The notes below the pieces were generated by a model, which worked only from the letters and a program-made list of their open reading frames with translations, was not told the origin of the DNA and ran no database searches. The position numbers and the translations under genes are program-made. A stretch of DNA of 63,999 nucleotides, counting the filler, from Aduncisulcus paluster (taxonomy: Eukaryota), in NCBI GenBank assembly GCA_024181965.1. It is 14 parts of 14 records of this genome, joined end to end, with 100 filler letters (N's around TTAATTAATTAA, not from the genome) between each part and the next. Parts side by side here need not be neighbours in the genome. Positions count along the whole stretch, not along the records: positions 32,154 to 37,841 come from BQXS01011874.1; positions 37,942 to 40,146 come from BQXS01011875.1; positions 40,247 to 42,133 come from BQXS01011876.1; positions 42,234 to 43,908 come from BQXS01011877.1; positions 44,009 to 46,043 come from BQXS01011878.1; 9 more parts are not named here. One strand, 5' to 3'. Numbering within the stretch: the first letter of the stretch is position 1; each line of letters starts with the position of its first letter. Shown here piece by piece: positions 36,168 through 46,143 of this stretch.

Positions 36168-36577
36168 CTATACACATTTAAAACATTGAGAAAAAAGTGC
36201 TTTGTTCGAGATGATTGCTGACTTTGGTGCGGGCAGCGAATGTTTGTCGAAGATAGCTTTGATGCCATCAAAAGATTGTTTAAACAGTGCCGTCACTGCA
36301 GCCTGTGAAGAGGTTGCTTCGATATCTTCTTTTAATTGCTCAAGTTCATGCAAAGTGAGTGGATTAGATGAACTGGACGATGCTATTCTGACATTGAAAA
36401 TATTGATTAGATCAAATTGTCAATATATTGATGGAACGGACGAAAAGAAATGTAAATTTCGATTATAGGGGGGAAATTTGGTAAAATATAAATTGTGCTA
36501 ACATAATATAAAGGGAACCCCCTGAACTGGACCCTGGATAATCAAGTTTTGACTAGAGCGAAGATAACATACTTCAT
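36168..36577 (-). CDS. Small spliced gene (74 aa) with weakly Rpc17/RPC9-like N-terminus; exons 36577-36573 and 36387-36168
   Basis: ATGAA|GTATGT(36572)...CTAAT...CAG(36388)|A joins in frame to give MKIASSSSNPLTLHELEQLKEDIEATSS...FSQCFKCV*. Confidence 0.6.
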
Positions 36578-36981
36578 GTGATTAAGGAACGATAAATATT
36601 AATATTAAACAACTCAGATAATCCGAATATCTGTAAATATTAGCAAGGGTGATGAGATTCACCGGTCAAAAAGTTGAACTGTTTTGTCGTTTTTGTTTCT
36701 TGAACGAATATCGAAATATTGACAAAATAAAAATGAAATTCGAATTTGATATCCATTGTTTAACTTTTTTTTATCGTTTTCCCCAGTGTTAATGCCTTGT
36801 GAGTCTCAACGACTCAATAAAAACCGTCGAAACCAAAAATGGAAATATCTTTCCAACCTCAGAAAATTCATTCTTTTGCTCCAATATAATCTAAAGTATG
36901 TTGCTTTAAACAATTTATTATTCATCCTTGTCATGTTATTTGTTTAACCTTGTTGTTTACAATGAACTTTCAACTCAGACA

Positions 36982-37218
36982 ATGCATCCTTCTCACGGTT
37001 CTCATGGTCCTCAACAACATGGCCGCGGTGGTCCCCAACACGGCGGTTCTTCCCATGGTGGTCCCTCTCATGGCGGTCCCTCTCATGGTGGTCCCTCTCA
37101 TGGTGGTCCCTCTCATGGTGGACCTTCAGGTGGTTCCCAGCATGGCCACGGCGGTCCTCAAGGTGGTCACGGCGGTCCTCAAGGTGGTCACGGCGGTCCT
37201 CAAGGTGGCAGGTTCTAA
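36982..37218 (+). CDS. Gly/His-rich 78-aa repeat peptide
   Basis: MHPSHGSHGPQQHGRGGPQHGGSS(HGGPS)4...(GGHGGPQ)n GGRF*. A GC-rich island with GGT/CCT codon bias in AT-rich flanks. Confidence 0.75.
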   Translation: MHPSHGSHGPQQHGRGGPQHGGSSHGGPSHGGPSHGGPSHGGPSHGGPSGGSQHGHGGPQGGHGGPQGGHGGPQGGRF

Positions 37219-37461
37219 TGAGTTATTGTATATTCTTCCACGATCTACGAATAGTGTCAGTGTTATTACTTAATCTCTTATTGTGTCAATTCGTATTTTC
37301 AATAAATACTCCCTTATGATTCCTAATTCATCTTTTTCACTGTACTTTTGGCCGAGGATAAAACATGAAAACAAGCTCGAAATTCACTGCTTATCCATTC
37401 AATAAGCGGATAAGTGGGTTTATTTGGGAATATAAACATATTTAAATCGAGAAAAATGTTA

Positions 37462-37841
37462 TTATTCAGCATCATATGCTTTCGAATGGTGAGAATATCT
37501 CCTCTTACCTTGACGTTTGAGCAATGCTTTCCTTTCAATTTCATACCTTGAAGTTGTACAATATTTTTGGGTTTTCGATAATAAATCATCTTGGATGTGT
37601 ATTTTCTTTTGTAACTCTTCCTCTTTTTTTTGCAGTCCACTTTGCTTATCATCCAGGCTTTTCCCCAAATCCTCCAATTCTTTTTGTCGAACCAGTATCT
37701 GTTTCTTCTCTTCTTCGAATTTTTTTCGTTCCAATTCAAATTTCTTTGTTTCTTCTTCTAATTCCTTTTTCTCTGTTTGGAGTTGGCTTCGGGCATCAAT
37801 ATTGTTCTTCCTCGATTTCTCAATCCGCTTCTCTCTTGACA
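37462..37841 (-). CDS. 3' end of a coiled-coil protein (5' truncated)
   Basis: Frame open from the linker to the stop at 37462; E/K-rich. Confidence 0.75.
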
Positions 37842-37941
37842 NNNNNNNNNNNNNNNNNNNNNNNNNNNNNNNNNNNNNNNNNNNNTTAATTAATTAANNN
37901 NNNNNNNNNNNNNNNNNNNNNNNNNNNNNNNNNNNNNNNNN

Positions 37942-39471
37942 GAAGAAGAAATTGCAAGGAAAGAGGAAGAGAAAAAAGCGGCACGCGTTTCTATGCAAGA
38001 AGCTCTTGAAATTGCCCAATCAGCTCCTTCTGAATCATCTTCATCTCACCCTTCCGTCCGTAGAAGACAAAAAAGGTCCTTAGAGAGTGAAAAAAAGACA
38101 TATGAAGCTAAGCAACCATCAGAGTCTTCTTCCCGACCATCACGATGGGAATCCATGAAACAGCCTGCTCGAGAAGAACCAATTGAGCGAGAAGATAGAG
38201 ATTTCAATCGAATGAATAGAGAGATACCTCCAAAATCCCATCCTTCAAGGACACGTGATTCCATGCCCATGGATGTTTCTGGGCAAAGTTCAATGAATGT
38301 GTCATTTCTGCTTCACGAACTCACAAACATGAAAACAGAGATGCTGAGTCTGAAGATGGACATGAATCGTCGATTGGAGGAGAAGGATCGTGAGGTTGAG
38401 AGAGTCAAGGAAAGGTTTGTTCAAGAACAAAAAGAACTAGAGAAGAAATGGGAAGCAAGAGAAAAGGAATTACTTTCAAAGGTTGAAAAAAAACAACGAG
38501 AAGTTGAGAAATTTATGAAACGCGAACAGCATCGCCGCCATCAACGTTCAGGGATGAGACTTCTCGATGAATATGACGAGGAAGAGGATTATGAATCTTC
38601 TCTCCCGACTTCAGCCCCTTCATCAAATCAGTATCAAAGATATCCATCAAGAGGAGAACGCCATACCCGAGGAAGGGGTTCAAGGCATCGTTCGCGCCAT
38701 TCTACTCGTTCTGACGATCCTAACCCTACCAACAAAGCCTTGGAAAGTGTCATGCGAGCTCTTGACAAGTATCGGACGAGTGATTCGCCCGTTGTTAAGA
38801 AATATGACCCCTCGAGTGGAGGAGATAGCCGACCCAGGAGATATGTTGGAGAACCAGATGTACATGATGTATTCAAGTATGGACACGGTTCTATCTCAAA
38901 TCAACCTTCATTTACATCCAACCCGCCAAGTTATCACACCCATACCGCTAATCCGGCCTCATACACTCGCGTTGAAGCTTCAACCCATGCTCTTGATCAA
39001 AGTGGCCATCTCGGACGAAGCTTTGCAGTCGTTGAGGTCCCTCGGCCATCTACACCCTCAAGCCTGCATACTGGCACGTCTCTAGCTCGCCCAGGATCTT
39101 CCATTGGACAATCGGAAGGCATTGTTCGCATCGGGACGGCTGAATCAAAAGTTCATCCCACGCGTGTATCTGAAACTTCTTCATATGAAGCTTCTTCTTC
39201 TCACACCGAAACAGAAGCGAAATCAAGGGGAAGGAGAAGTGTCCTCGGCGAGAGGATGAATGAGGTAAAGGATGAGCCTTCACCGTTTCAAAGACCTCCA
39301 AGTATTCTTAGAGATAGGGAAATGGATAGAGAAAGTGAACGAGAAGACAATGATTATGCACATGTGCCTACTCTCCATGATGATGAAAGCACAATCGCTG
39401 AAAGTGAGATGGACAGATTGGCAAAGGAGACATTCGACAAGGCAAAAGAACTGGAACACGACGAAGAATAA
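37942..39471 (+). CDS. Hypothetical coiled-coil/disordered protein, 5' truncated
   Basis: Frame open from the contig start (EEEIARKEEEKK...) to the TAA at 39471. Confidence 0.8.
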   Translation, partial: EEEIARKEEEKKAARVSMQEALEIAQSAPSESSSSHPSVRRRQKRSLESEKKTYEAKQPSESSSRPSRWESMKQPAREEPIEREDRDFNRMNREIPPKSHPSRTRDSMPMDVSGQSSMNVSFLLHELTNMKTEMLSLKMDMNRRLEEKDREVERVKERFVQEQKELEKKWEAREKELLSKVEKKQREVEKFMKREQHRRHQRSGMRLLDEYDEEEDYESSLPTSAPSSNQYQRYPSRGERHTRGRGSRHRSRHSTRSDDPNPTNKALESVMRALDKYRTSDSPVVKKYDPSSGGDSRPRRYVGEPDVHDVFKYGHGSISNQPSFTSNPPSYHTHTANPASYTRVEASTHALDQSGHLGRSFAVVEVPRPSTPSSLHTGTSLARPGSSIGQSEGIVRIGTAESKVHPTRVSETSSYEASSSHTETEAKSRGRRSVLGERMNEVKDEPSPFQRPPSILRDREMDRESEREDNDYAHVPTLHDDESTIAESEMDRLAKETFDKAKELEHDEE

Positions 39472-40064
39472 ATTTAATTTCTGAAGTTTGAAGGTGGTTT
39501 CAAATTGAAACAGTTTTCTACTTTTACTATTTTGTTAGTATGATGGTATTACAATGTTGTTTATTTATTATTGACAGAAACTATTATTATTATTTATTAT
39601 TTTGAAGTTATCATGTTATATACCAAAAGTATATAATATCGGTTTATAGTTTAATTGTGTTTTATTTATACCAATATTATTATTTTGGTAATTTCTCATG
39701 GTGTCTATTTATAGATGTACGTTGTTCCGTTTATTGTTGGTTTAATAACCTTTATAATGATGGTGGAGCAAATTTATTAATTTGGGAATAAAGAAATGCG
39801 CGAAGAGAAGTAAAAAAAAGTGATCTGCAAAGAACACAAAAACTTCCAGATGTGATCTTCTGTAATAAGATAGTAATAAACGTTCTAATATCGAAATAAA
39901 TATATTAATTAAAATCGTACTATAAAATATATATTAAATATTCAATAATAATACTCCTTAAAGAAAATAATAAAAACGTCTGCTTTTGGCAACAGCCGTG
40001 TTATTCCAACACTGCCCCTCCTTTCAAAGGGATTAACAATAAATAATGCGGATGTTCCAAAACG

Positions 40065-40146
40065 TTATTTCTTCTTCCTGCCTCTTTTCTTGGAAGGACG
40101 TTCCCCACTCTGAATCACCGCAGAAAAGATTTCGGGGTGTTGTAAT
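40065..40146 (-). CDS. 3' terminal fragment of a gene with a basic NLS-like tail
   Basis: LQHPEIFSAVIQSGERPSKKRGRKKK*, open from the linker. Confidence 0.45.
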
Positions 40147-40246
40147 NNNNNNNNNNNNNNNNNNNNNNNNNNNNNNNNNNNNNNNNNNNNTTAATTAATT
40201 AANNNNNNNNNNNNNNNNNNNNNNNNNNNNNNNNNNNNNNNNNNNN

Positions 40247-41119
40247 CTCTTCAATACCGTCATGGTCAGCATCTTGTTGCGAGAATTTAGCGAGTTTAGA
40301 TGCCAATTTTCCAAATGTTTCAATTCCCTCAAGAATATCGTCACTTTCTTTGACATCACCACCACGTCTGCTCTTTTTCATCTCATATTTCTTCTCTAAT
40401 TCCCTACGCTTCTTTTTGCTAAGCCGACGCATATTGGTTTCCTCGATTTCATCAATTTCATGTTGCAACTCCTCATCAATGGCTCCATCAGGACGAAGTA
40501 CTCCAATATCTTCTTCCTCAGCTTCATTGGAGTGAAATCTCATCAATTCTCTGGTTGCAGACATCTCTGAAAGACGTCTTTCGAGCGCTTCTTTCTTTTT
40601 TCTAGCCAGAGAAGGGAGAAGAGATTCTCTATGTTTGGCTTCTGCTTTAAGATTATCAATGGCTTTATCATCATCCTCATCGGACAGTTCCTCTTCTTTG
40701 TGTTTCTGAGTTTCATCTGGAATGGTGGGATCAAGAGCAATGAAATCAAAACTTGGAGCAGCTGTGGTAGCATCTTTTTGAACTTGAGAAGATGAGGGAT
40801 CAACAGCTTTCTTCAGAATTATATCCACTTCTTGCATTAATTTTGTCTCCATGGGTTCAATCTTATCAAGAATTACTCTCTCTTTTATCAATTGAGCCAA
40901 AGCAGGATGGTCGGATGGAGAGGAGCCATATAACTTACTTAAAAGAAGAAACATTAAATTGGAACAGTATGAAGTTAAAATATTAAGCTTTAGCTCTAAA
41001 AGGGGAGAGCCTTTTTCATTATCAGTTACTTCAAGGGAGCTCAAGCATTCAATATATTTTTTTGTATGCTTGAGTTCCCTGGAAATGGCTTTTAGATCTT
41101 CGAGAAGATACTCGGACAT
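40247..41119 (-). CDS. LCP5: Lcp5/neuroguidin (Sas10/Utp3/C1D family) SSU processome factor, 3' truncated
   Basis: GSPLLELKLNILTSY...HPALAQLIKERVILDKIEPMETKLMQEVDIILKKA; downstream IEETNMRRL resembles the neuroguidin YEESxxxRL motif. Confidence 0.85.
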
Positions 41120-41290
41120 CAGTTGGAGCAAAACAGAAAAGAAAACATAATCTCACCCAAAATTGGCTAAATGGGAAACATTAATCTTAATTTATGCGTT
41201 TTAATGATACAATCTTTACAAAAAATAAATAAAATCTTCAATAACAAAACACAAGATCCTGATTCAATTCAATTTGCGTTTTGCTTCGAA

Positions 41291-42133
41291 ATGGAGTATG
41301 ACGACGAACCCAATCCTTTCCGTAATCGTGATGAAGAGATTATACCGATGAAATTATTGGATAAGCCCCGCAGTATTAGGCGTCTTAAAAAGAAATCAAA
41401 GAAGATAGACACGTCTGGTATAAGTTGGAACTTTTCATCGGTTCCCGATGCACCTGTTGTGAAAAAAACTGTCAAACCAAAACTTTCCAAACCAGTTGAT
41501 CCTAAAACCAATCGGAAAGATTTGTTATTTGAATTGGAATGCATTCAAGCTGAGTATGATTATGCCAAGAAGAAAGGAAAGAAGCAAGATATCAAAAATA
41601 GCAAAAATGATATCAGAAAATTGAGAGAACAAGCAAGAAATGAACATATTGCGAGAAAGGCCTATAGAAAGAGCATGCGGGAATATCTGGAACAACAGAA
41701 GAATGAAGCCGCGCAAGAACCTGAAAAAGAAACAATTCCTGAAAAAGAAACAATTCCTGAAAAAGAACCTGAACTTGTTGATATTGTTCCTGCCAAAAAA
41801 GTTGATATGCCAGCAGAATCTGTTCCTTCCTCCTTATTCTCTTCCTCTGGCCCTTCTCTTTTTGGTACCTCTGATAAAGATGATGCTACAGCAGCCCTTT
41901 TTGGCCCATCTTCAGGATCTACCAACGCTCTCTTTGGATCGACTGAGACTAAGGAGCCTGAAGAGTCTGGGAAGAGTTTATTCGGTTCATTTCATGACCT
42001 GGAAAAGGTCGAAGAAGAGCAGCCTCATCAACAACCGGATGAGAAGAGAGAAGAAGAAGTTGCTGTGAAGTCTGATAAAAAGTCCAGTCTGTTTGGTTCT
42101 CAAGACACTGTGAAAGGTGAGTCCACTTCTTCT
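41291..42133 (+). CDS. Hypothetical protein with coiled coil and (S/A)LFG repeats, 3' truncated
   Basis: ATG at 41291 (MEYDDEPNPF); SLFS, SLFG, ALFG, ALFG, SLFG and SLFG motifs in a disordered tail. Confidence 0.75.
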
Positions 42134-42233
42134 NNNNNNNNNNNNNNNNNNNNNNNNNNNNNNNNNNNNNNNNNNNNTTAATTAATTAANNNNNNNNNNN
42201 NNNNNNNNNNNNNNNNNNNNNNNNNNNNNNNNN

Positions 42234-42339
42234 GTATGGCATTCGATTCGTGATTGACAAGAAGCAAGAGAAAATGAAAGCCGCCAAAGAGCATGAACTT
42301 GCAACAATTGAACGATTATCGATGCTTCCATGGTTATAG
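42234..42339 (+). CDS. 3' end of array copy 1
   Basis: YGIRFVIDKKQEKMKAAKEHELATIERLSMLPWL*. Confidence 0.75.
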
Positions 42340-42736
42340 AATATCTTTCTTTCGTTACAGCCATGATTGAATATTTATAACCTCTTCTAGCAAACATACA
42401 AATGTTGTATTGTATGAACCATCCCTTCCTGTCATGTCTTGAGATATGATGGATACCATGTGTATATTGTCACTTTCATGTTTATATCGCTGTATTGTCA
42501 ATAATGTCAATAATGTCTGAGTACGCCTTATTTGGAGAACAAATATGTTTACAAAATAAATGATTTATTATTACGTCTATATATTAATAATAATAATAAA
42601 CGTCGATTTTGGATATTATTGTTCTGTTCCAAGACAATTGTAAAAATGTGCTTTTCCTTGCAATTGGAAGTTTATTGGTGTTTATTATTCTACTTAATTT
42701 GATATCGGATAATCCATAGTTGTGTTATTGTTTGTG

Positions 42737-43490
42737 ATGAGAATTATTGGCAAATGTGTTGAAGATTTTGGTTGTCGGTCTCTCAAACTGTACAAAGGCC
42801 CCTACCCTACTTGGCATCCAGATCTATCTGAAATTGATGGATCTAAAGCATATGGGAGTTATCATCATGGTCATAATCATTCTAGATTATTGCAATTCGT
42901 AAGAGGTGAAAGAGACATCTGTTTCTATCCCAATTTACATCTCCCATTTATTACATCTCATTGTCTCAGTAAGTTTGTTGTAAGTCATGATAGTTTTCCA
43001 TCTGGAATCAAAGATTTCGATGCCACATTCACAACATCAGATGGCAAGAAGATTACAAAAGAATATCAAATGGGAAAGCTGTCATCGTTCCGTTATTTCT
43101 GGCAAGAGTTCCCTATAGATCTTGATAATGTTATTTCATGTGATATTGATGTTATATCGTCATTGGATGGAAGACAAATGAATATTTATTTGTATGGCAT
43201 TCGATTCGTGATTGACAAGCTCCAAAGAAGGTGACAAAGCTGTCTATATGACGATGCTAAAGTTACTTCGGAGACTCATCGGACAAGCTGTGTTCATGAG
43301 AGCATTTGGATCGGCTGACAAGGCCAATTCCAAACTTCTCGACAAAGCTGGCTTTACCAAGAGAACCAGAGCTTCGATGGCGTTCCTCTTGTACGCCTTA
43401 TTTGGAGAACAAATATGTTAGAAAATGAAAGCCGCCAAACAGCATGAACTTGCCACCATTGAACGATTATCGATGTTGCCGTGGTTATAG
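42737..43490 (+). pseudogene. Array copy 2: intact domain (stop at 43234) with its C-terminal tail disconnected by a 200-bp insertion
   Basis: MRIIGKCV...YFWQEFPIDLDNVISCDI...YGIRFVIDK, then insertion 43220-43419, then the original tail KMKAAKQHELATIERLSMLPWL* to 43490. It may still be expressed as a truncated protein. Confidence 0.7.
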
Positions 43491-44008
43491 CTGATCCTTC
43501 ATATCATCGTTTCCACAAGGATTGAATACAACTTCTTTCCTGATAACAATCATATTGTATGAACCATTACTTCCTGTCATGTCTTGAGATATGATGGATG
43601 CCATGTGTATATTGTCACTTTCATGTTTATATCGCTGTATTGTCAATAATGTCAATAATGTCTTAGTACGCCTTATTTGGAGAACAAATATGTTTACAAA
43701 ATAAATGATTTATTATTACGTCTATATATTAATAATGATAAGAAACATCGATTTTGGATATTATTGTTCTCTCCCAAGACAATTGTAAAAATGTGCTTTT
43801 CCTTGCAATTGGAAGTTTATTGGTATTTATTATTCTATTATCTAATTTGATATTGGATAATCCATAGTTGTTTTATTGTTTGTGATGAGAATTATTGGCA
43901 AATGTATTNNNNNNNNNNNNNNNNNNNNNNNNNNNNNNNNNNNNNNNNNNNNTTAATTAATTAANNNNNNNNNNNNNNNNNNNNNNNNNNNNNNNNNNNN
44001 NNNNNNNN

Positions 44009-46043
44009 TGGTGATGCTGGTATTGTTCAAAAAATTACATTAGCTGCCGGTCAGAAGGTCCCTCGTGATCTCCTTCGTGAGATTCGCGGGAAAGATGGAT
44101 CCATGGGTGGAACAGGAGCTCCTGGAGGTGCTGCTGGAAATGGAGGGAATGGAGGTGTTGTAATTCTCAAGAGCAAAGAGCCTGATATGTTTTACTGTGT
44201 CTCTGTCGATGTTAAGGGTGGGTTGCCCGGAGAAGGAGGTTTTAGTGGGAAAGGAGGTGAAGGAGGTGAGCCTGGTGAACCTGGAATGCTTACAGTGATC
44301 CAAGAGAAGAAAGTGAAGGACAAGTCTACCACATCCAAGGAAGGAACTCCAACAACCAAACAATCCACGCAAGTTATAAAAGGAAAGCCTGGTGCACCTG
44401 GTAAGACTGGTGTTGAGTCACAGAGAGGGTGTGACGGTGATGGTGGCAGAGATGGAAAAGTTGTGTATGTCCACGTGAAAGACTCTACTTCTGGTGATGG
44501 TCACGATATCATCTCCAAGTCTGATGTGGCTCCATCTTTGGCCCTTCACTCCTTCTGCATGCACACCAAGCGTGATGATGGTGTTCTTGAGATGGGTGAG
44601 CATGTGTGGGTTCGTGAAGTTGAAGTCCAGAATGAGTGTGGATTGTCTCTTGGAGGACATGGAGCCGACTCTGGGGCCACGGATGTCGGTGGTCTTGGAG
44701 TTAGTATCACTCTTGAAGAAAGCAACAAACTGTTGGATCAGGTAGAAGCTGAGAAACAAAGATCCAGACATATTGCACCCATTGATAAACCCCAAAGAGA
44801 GGAAGAAGAAGAAGAGGAGGAAGAGAAAGGAACTGACGATTTGACACCCGTTGAGGGTTCAACTAAACCTACATACACCCTTCAATCTCTTCTTTCTTTC
44901 CCTCACCCTTTCCCAATCCTTCCTCCCAGTGAAGCAAAGGTTGCGTATCTCAAACAGCTCCCTCCGACAAGCACCCACGTGTACAACGCCTGTGTGCATG
45001 GTCGTGTTCCTCAGATGTGTGAAGTGGTCGAGAAGAGTACCATTGATATCGAGGAGATCAAGAGTCTCCTCGGAGGTGAGCGAGTTGTTGGTTGTGGCTT
45101 TGAAATTAGTGAGGAAGGAAAGCATATTCTTGAGAAATACGGGTCTTCTATTCCTATTGCTATGTCTGGTAAGCCCTTGACAACCCTCCCATCTTCTATT
45201 CTTTCATGCTCCTCGAATAACAATCACACTTACACTCATACTCCATTTGAATCTGTTGCCAGTATTGACCCTGTCTTGAGGGTAATGGGCAGAGTGGCCG
45301 GTAAATGTGCCAAGATGCATGCAACAATACCCATTAAGTCTCCACTGCATCTATCGTCACACTCCCACCCTTTCTTTATCCTCTCTTCCTCTCCTTTCCC
45401 CATAGAAGTTTCTGTTCAGAATATCAGTGATTGTCCCTATGGATTCAGACGTGTTGAAACCAAGGCTGAGAGAGCGAGGAGAGAGAAGGAGACAAAGGAA
45501 AAGGTGATCAGAGATTGGGAGGAAAGGAAAGCCAGGAGGAAGAGAGAAAAAGAGACCAAACGTTTCGAGCGTGAAACTGCCCGTGAAGAGCGTAGGACAC
45601 TGAAAGAAGAGGACTTTATCACCCGTCGTAATGAGATTGTAGAACTCATGAAGAAATTGAAGGAGGATAGAGAGAAGTACACAGAATTGCGTAGGAACTT
45701 TGAATTGCGTCTCAAAAAGAAGGAAGAAATGAAAGAGAAAGAAGAGAAGGATAAAGAATTGAAGAAACTTGCACTTCAGAAAGAAATTGAAGAGAAAGCG
45801 AAGAAAGAAGAAAAGAAGAAGGAAGAAGAAGAGAAAGAAAAGAAGGAAGAGGTTGAAGGAGACGAAGATAAGAAGGAAGACGAAGAGAAAGAAAAGAAGG
45901 AAGATGAGGAGGAGACAAAAGAAGAGGACAAGAAAGATGACGAAGGAGAAGAAGAGGAATCCGCAGAAGAGGAGAAAGAAACTGAAGACAAAGAAGAAGA
46001 GAAAGTTGAAGAAACTGATGAGGAAGAAGAAGAGGAGAAGACC
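44009..46043 (+). CDS. Gly-rich/collagen-like (G-X-X) protein with globular middle and E/K coiled-coil tail, partial at both ends
   Basis: GGTGAPGGAAGNGGNGG, GLPGEGGFSGKGGEGGEPGEPG and GKPGAPGKTG; frame open across the whole contig. Confidence 0.8.
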
Positions 46044-46143
46044 NNNNNNNNNNNNNNNNNNNNNNNNNNNNNNNNNNNNNNNNNNNNTTAATTAATTAAN
46101 NNNNNNNNNNNNNNNNNNNNNNNNNNNNNNNNNNNNNNNNNNN

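Larger units (their letters stand above)
42234..43908 (+). repeat. Head-to-tail tandem array (at least 3 units) of a single-domain family gene
   Basis: 3' end of copy 1 (to TAG 42339), copy 2 ATG at 42737, copy 3 ATG at 43885. Intergenic 42400-42760 is nearly identical to 43550-43908. Confidence 0.9.

Noticed and set aside
36645..36705. GTGATGA as a box C/D snoRNA
   Set aside because: No CTGA D box at a suitable distance and no terminal stem.
39975..40040. GC-rich stem-loop in a 3' UTR as a SECIS element
   Set aside because: No convincing RUGA/GA quartet with apical AA, and no in-frame UGA visible.
42521..43695. Three copies of the 29-bp GTACGCC...ATATGTT as a CRISPR-like repeat
   Set aside because: Spacing is irregular (870 and 276 bp), the context is eukaryotic and there are no cas genes; the tandem array plus insertion explains it.
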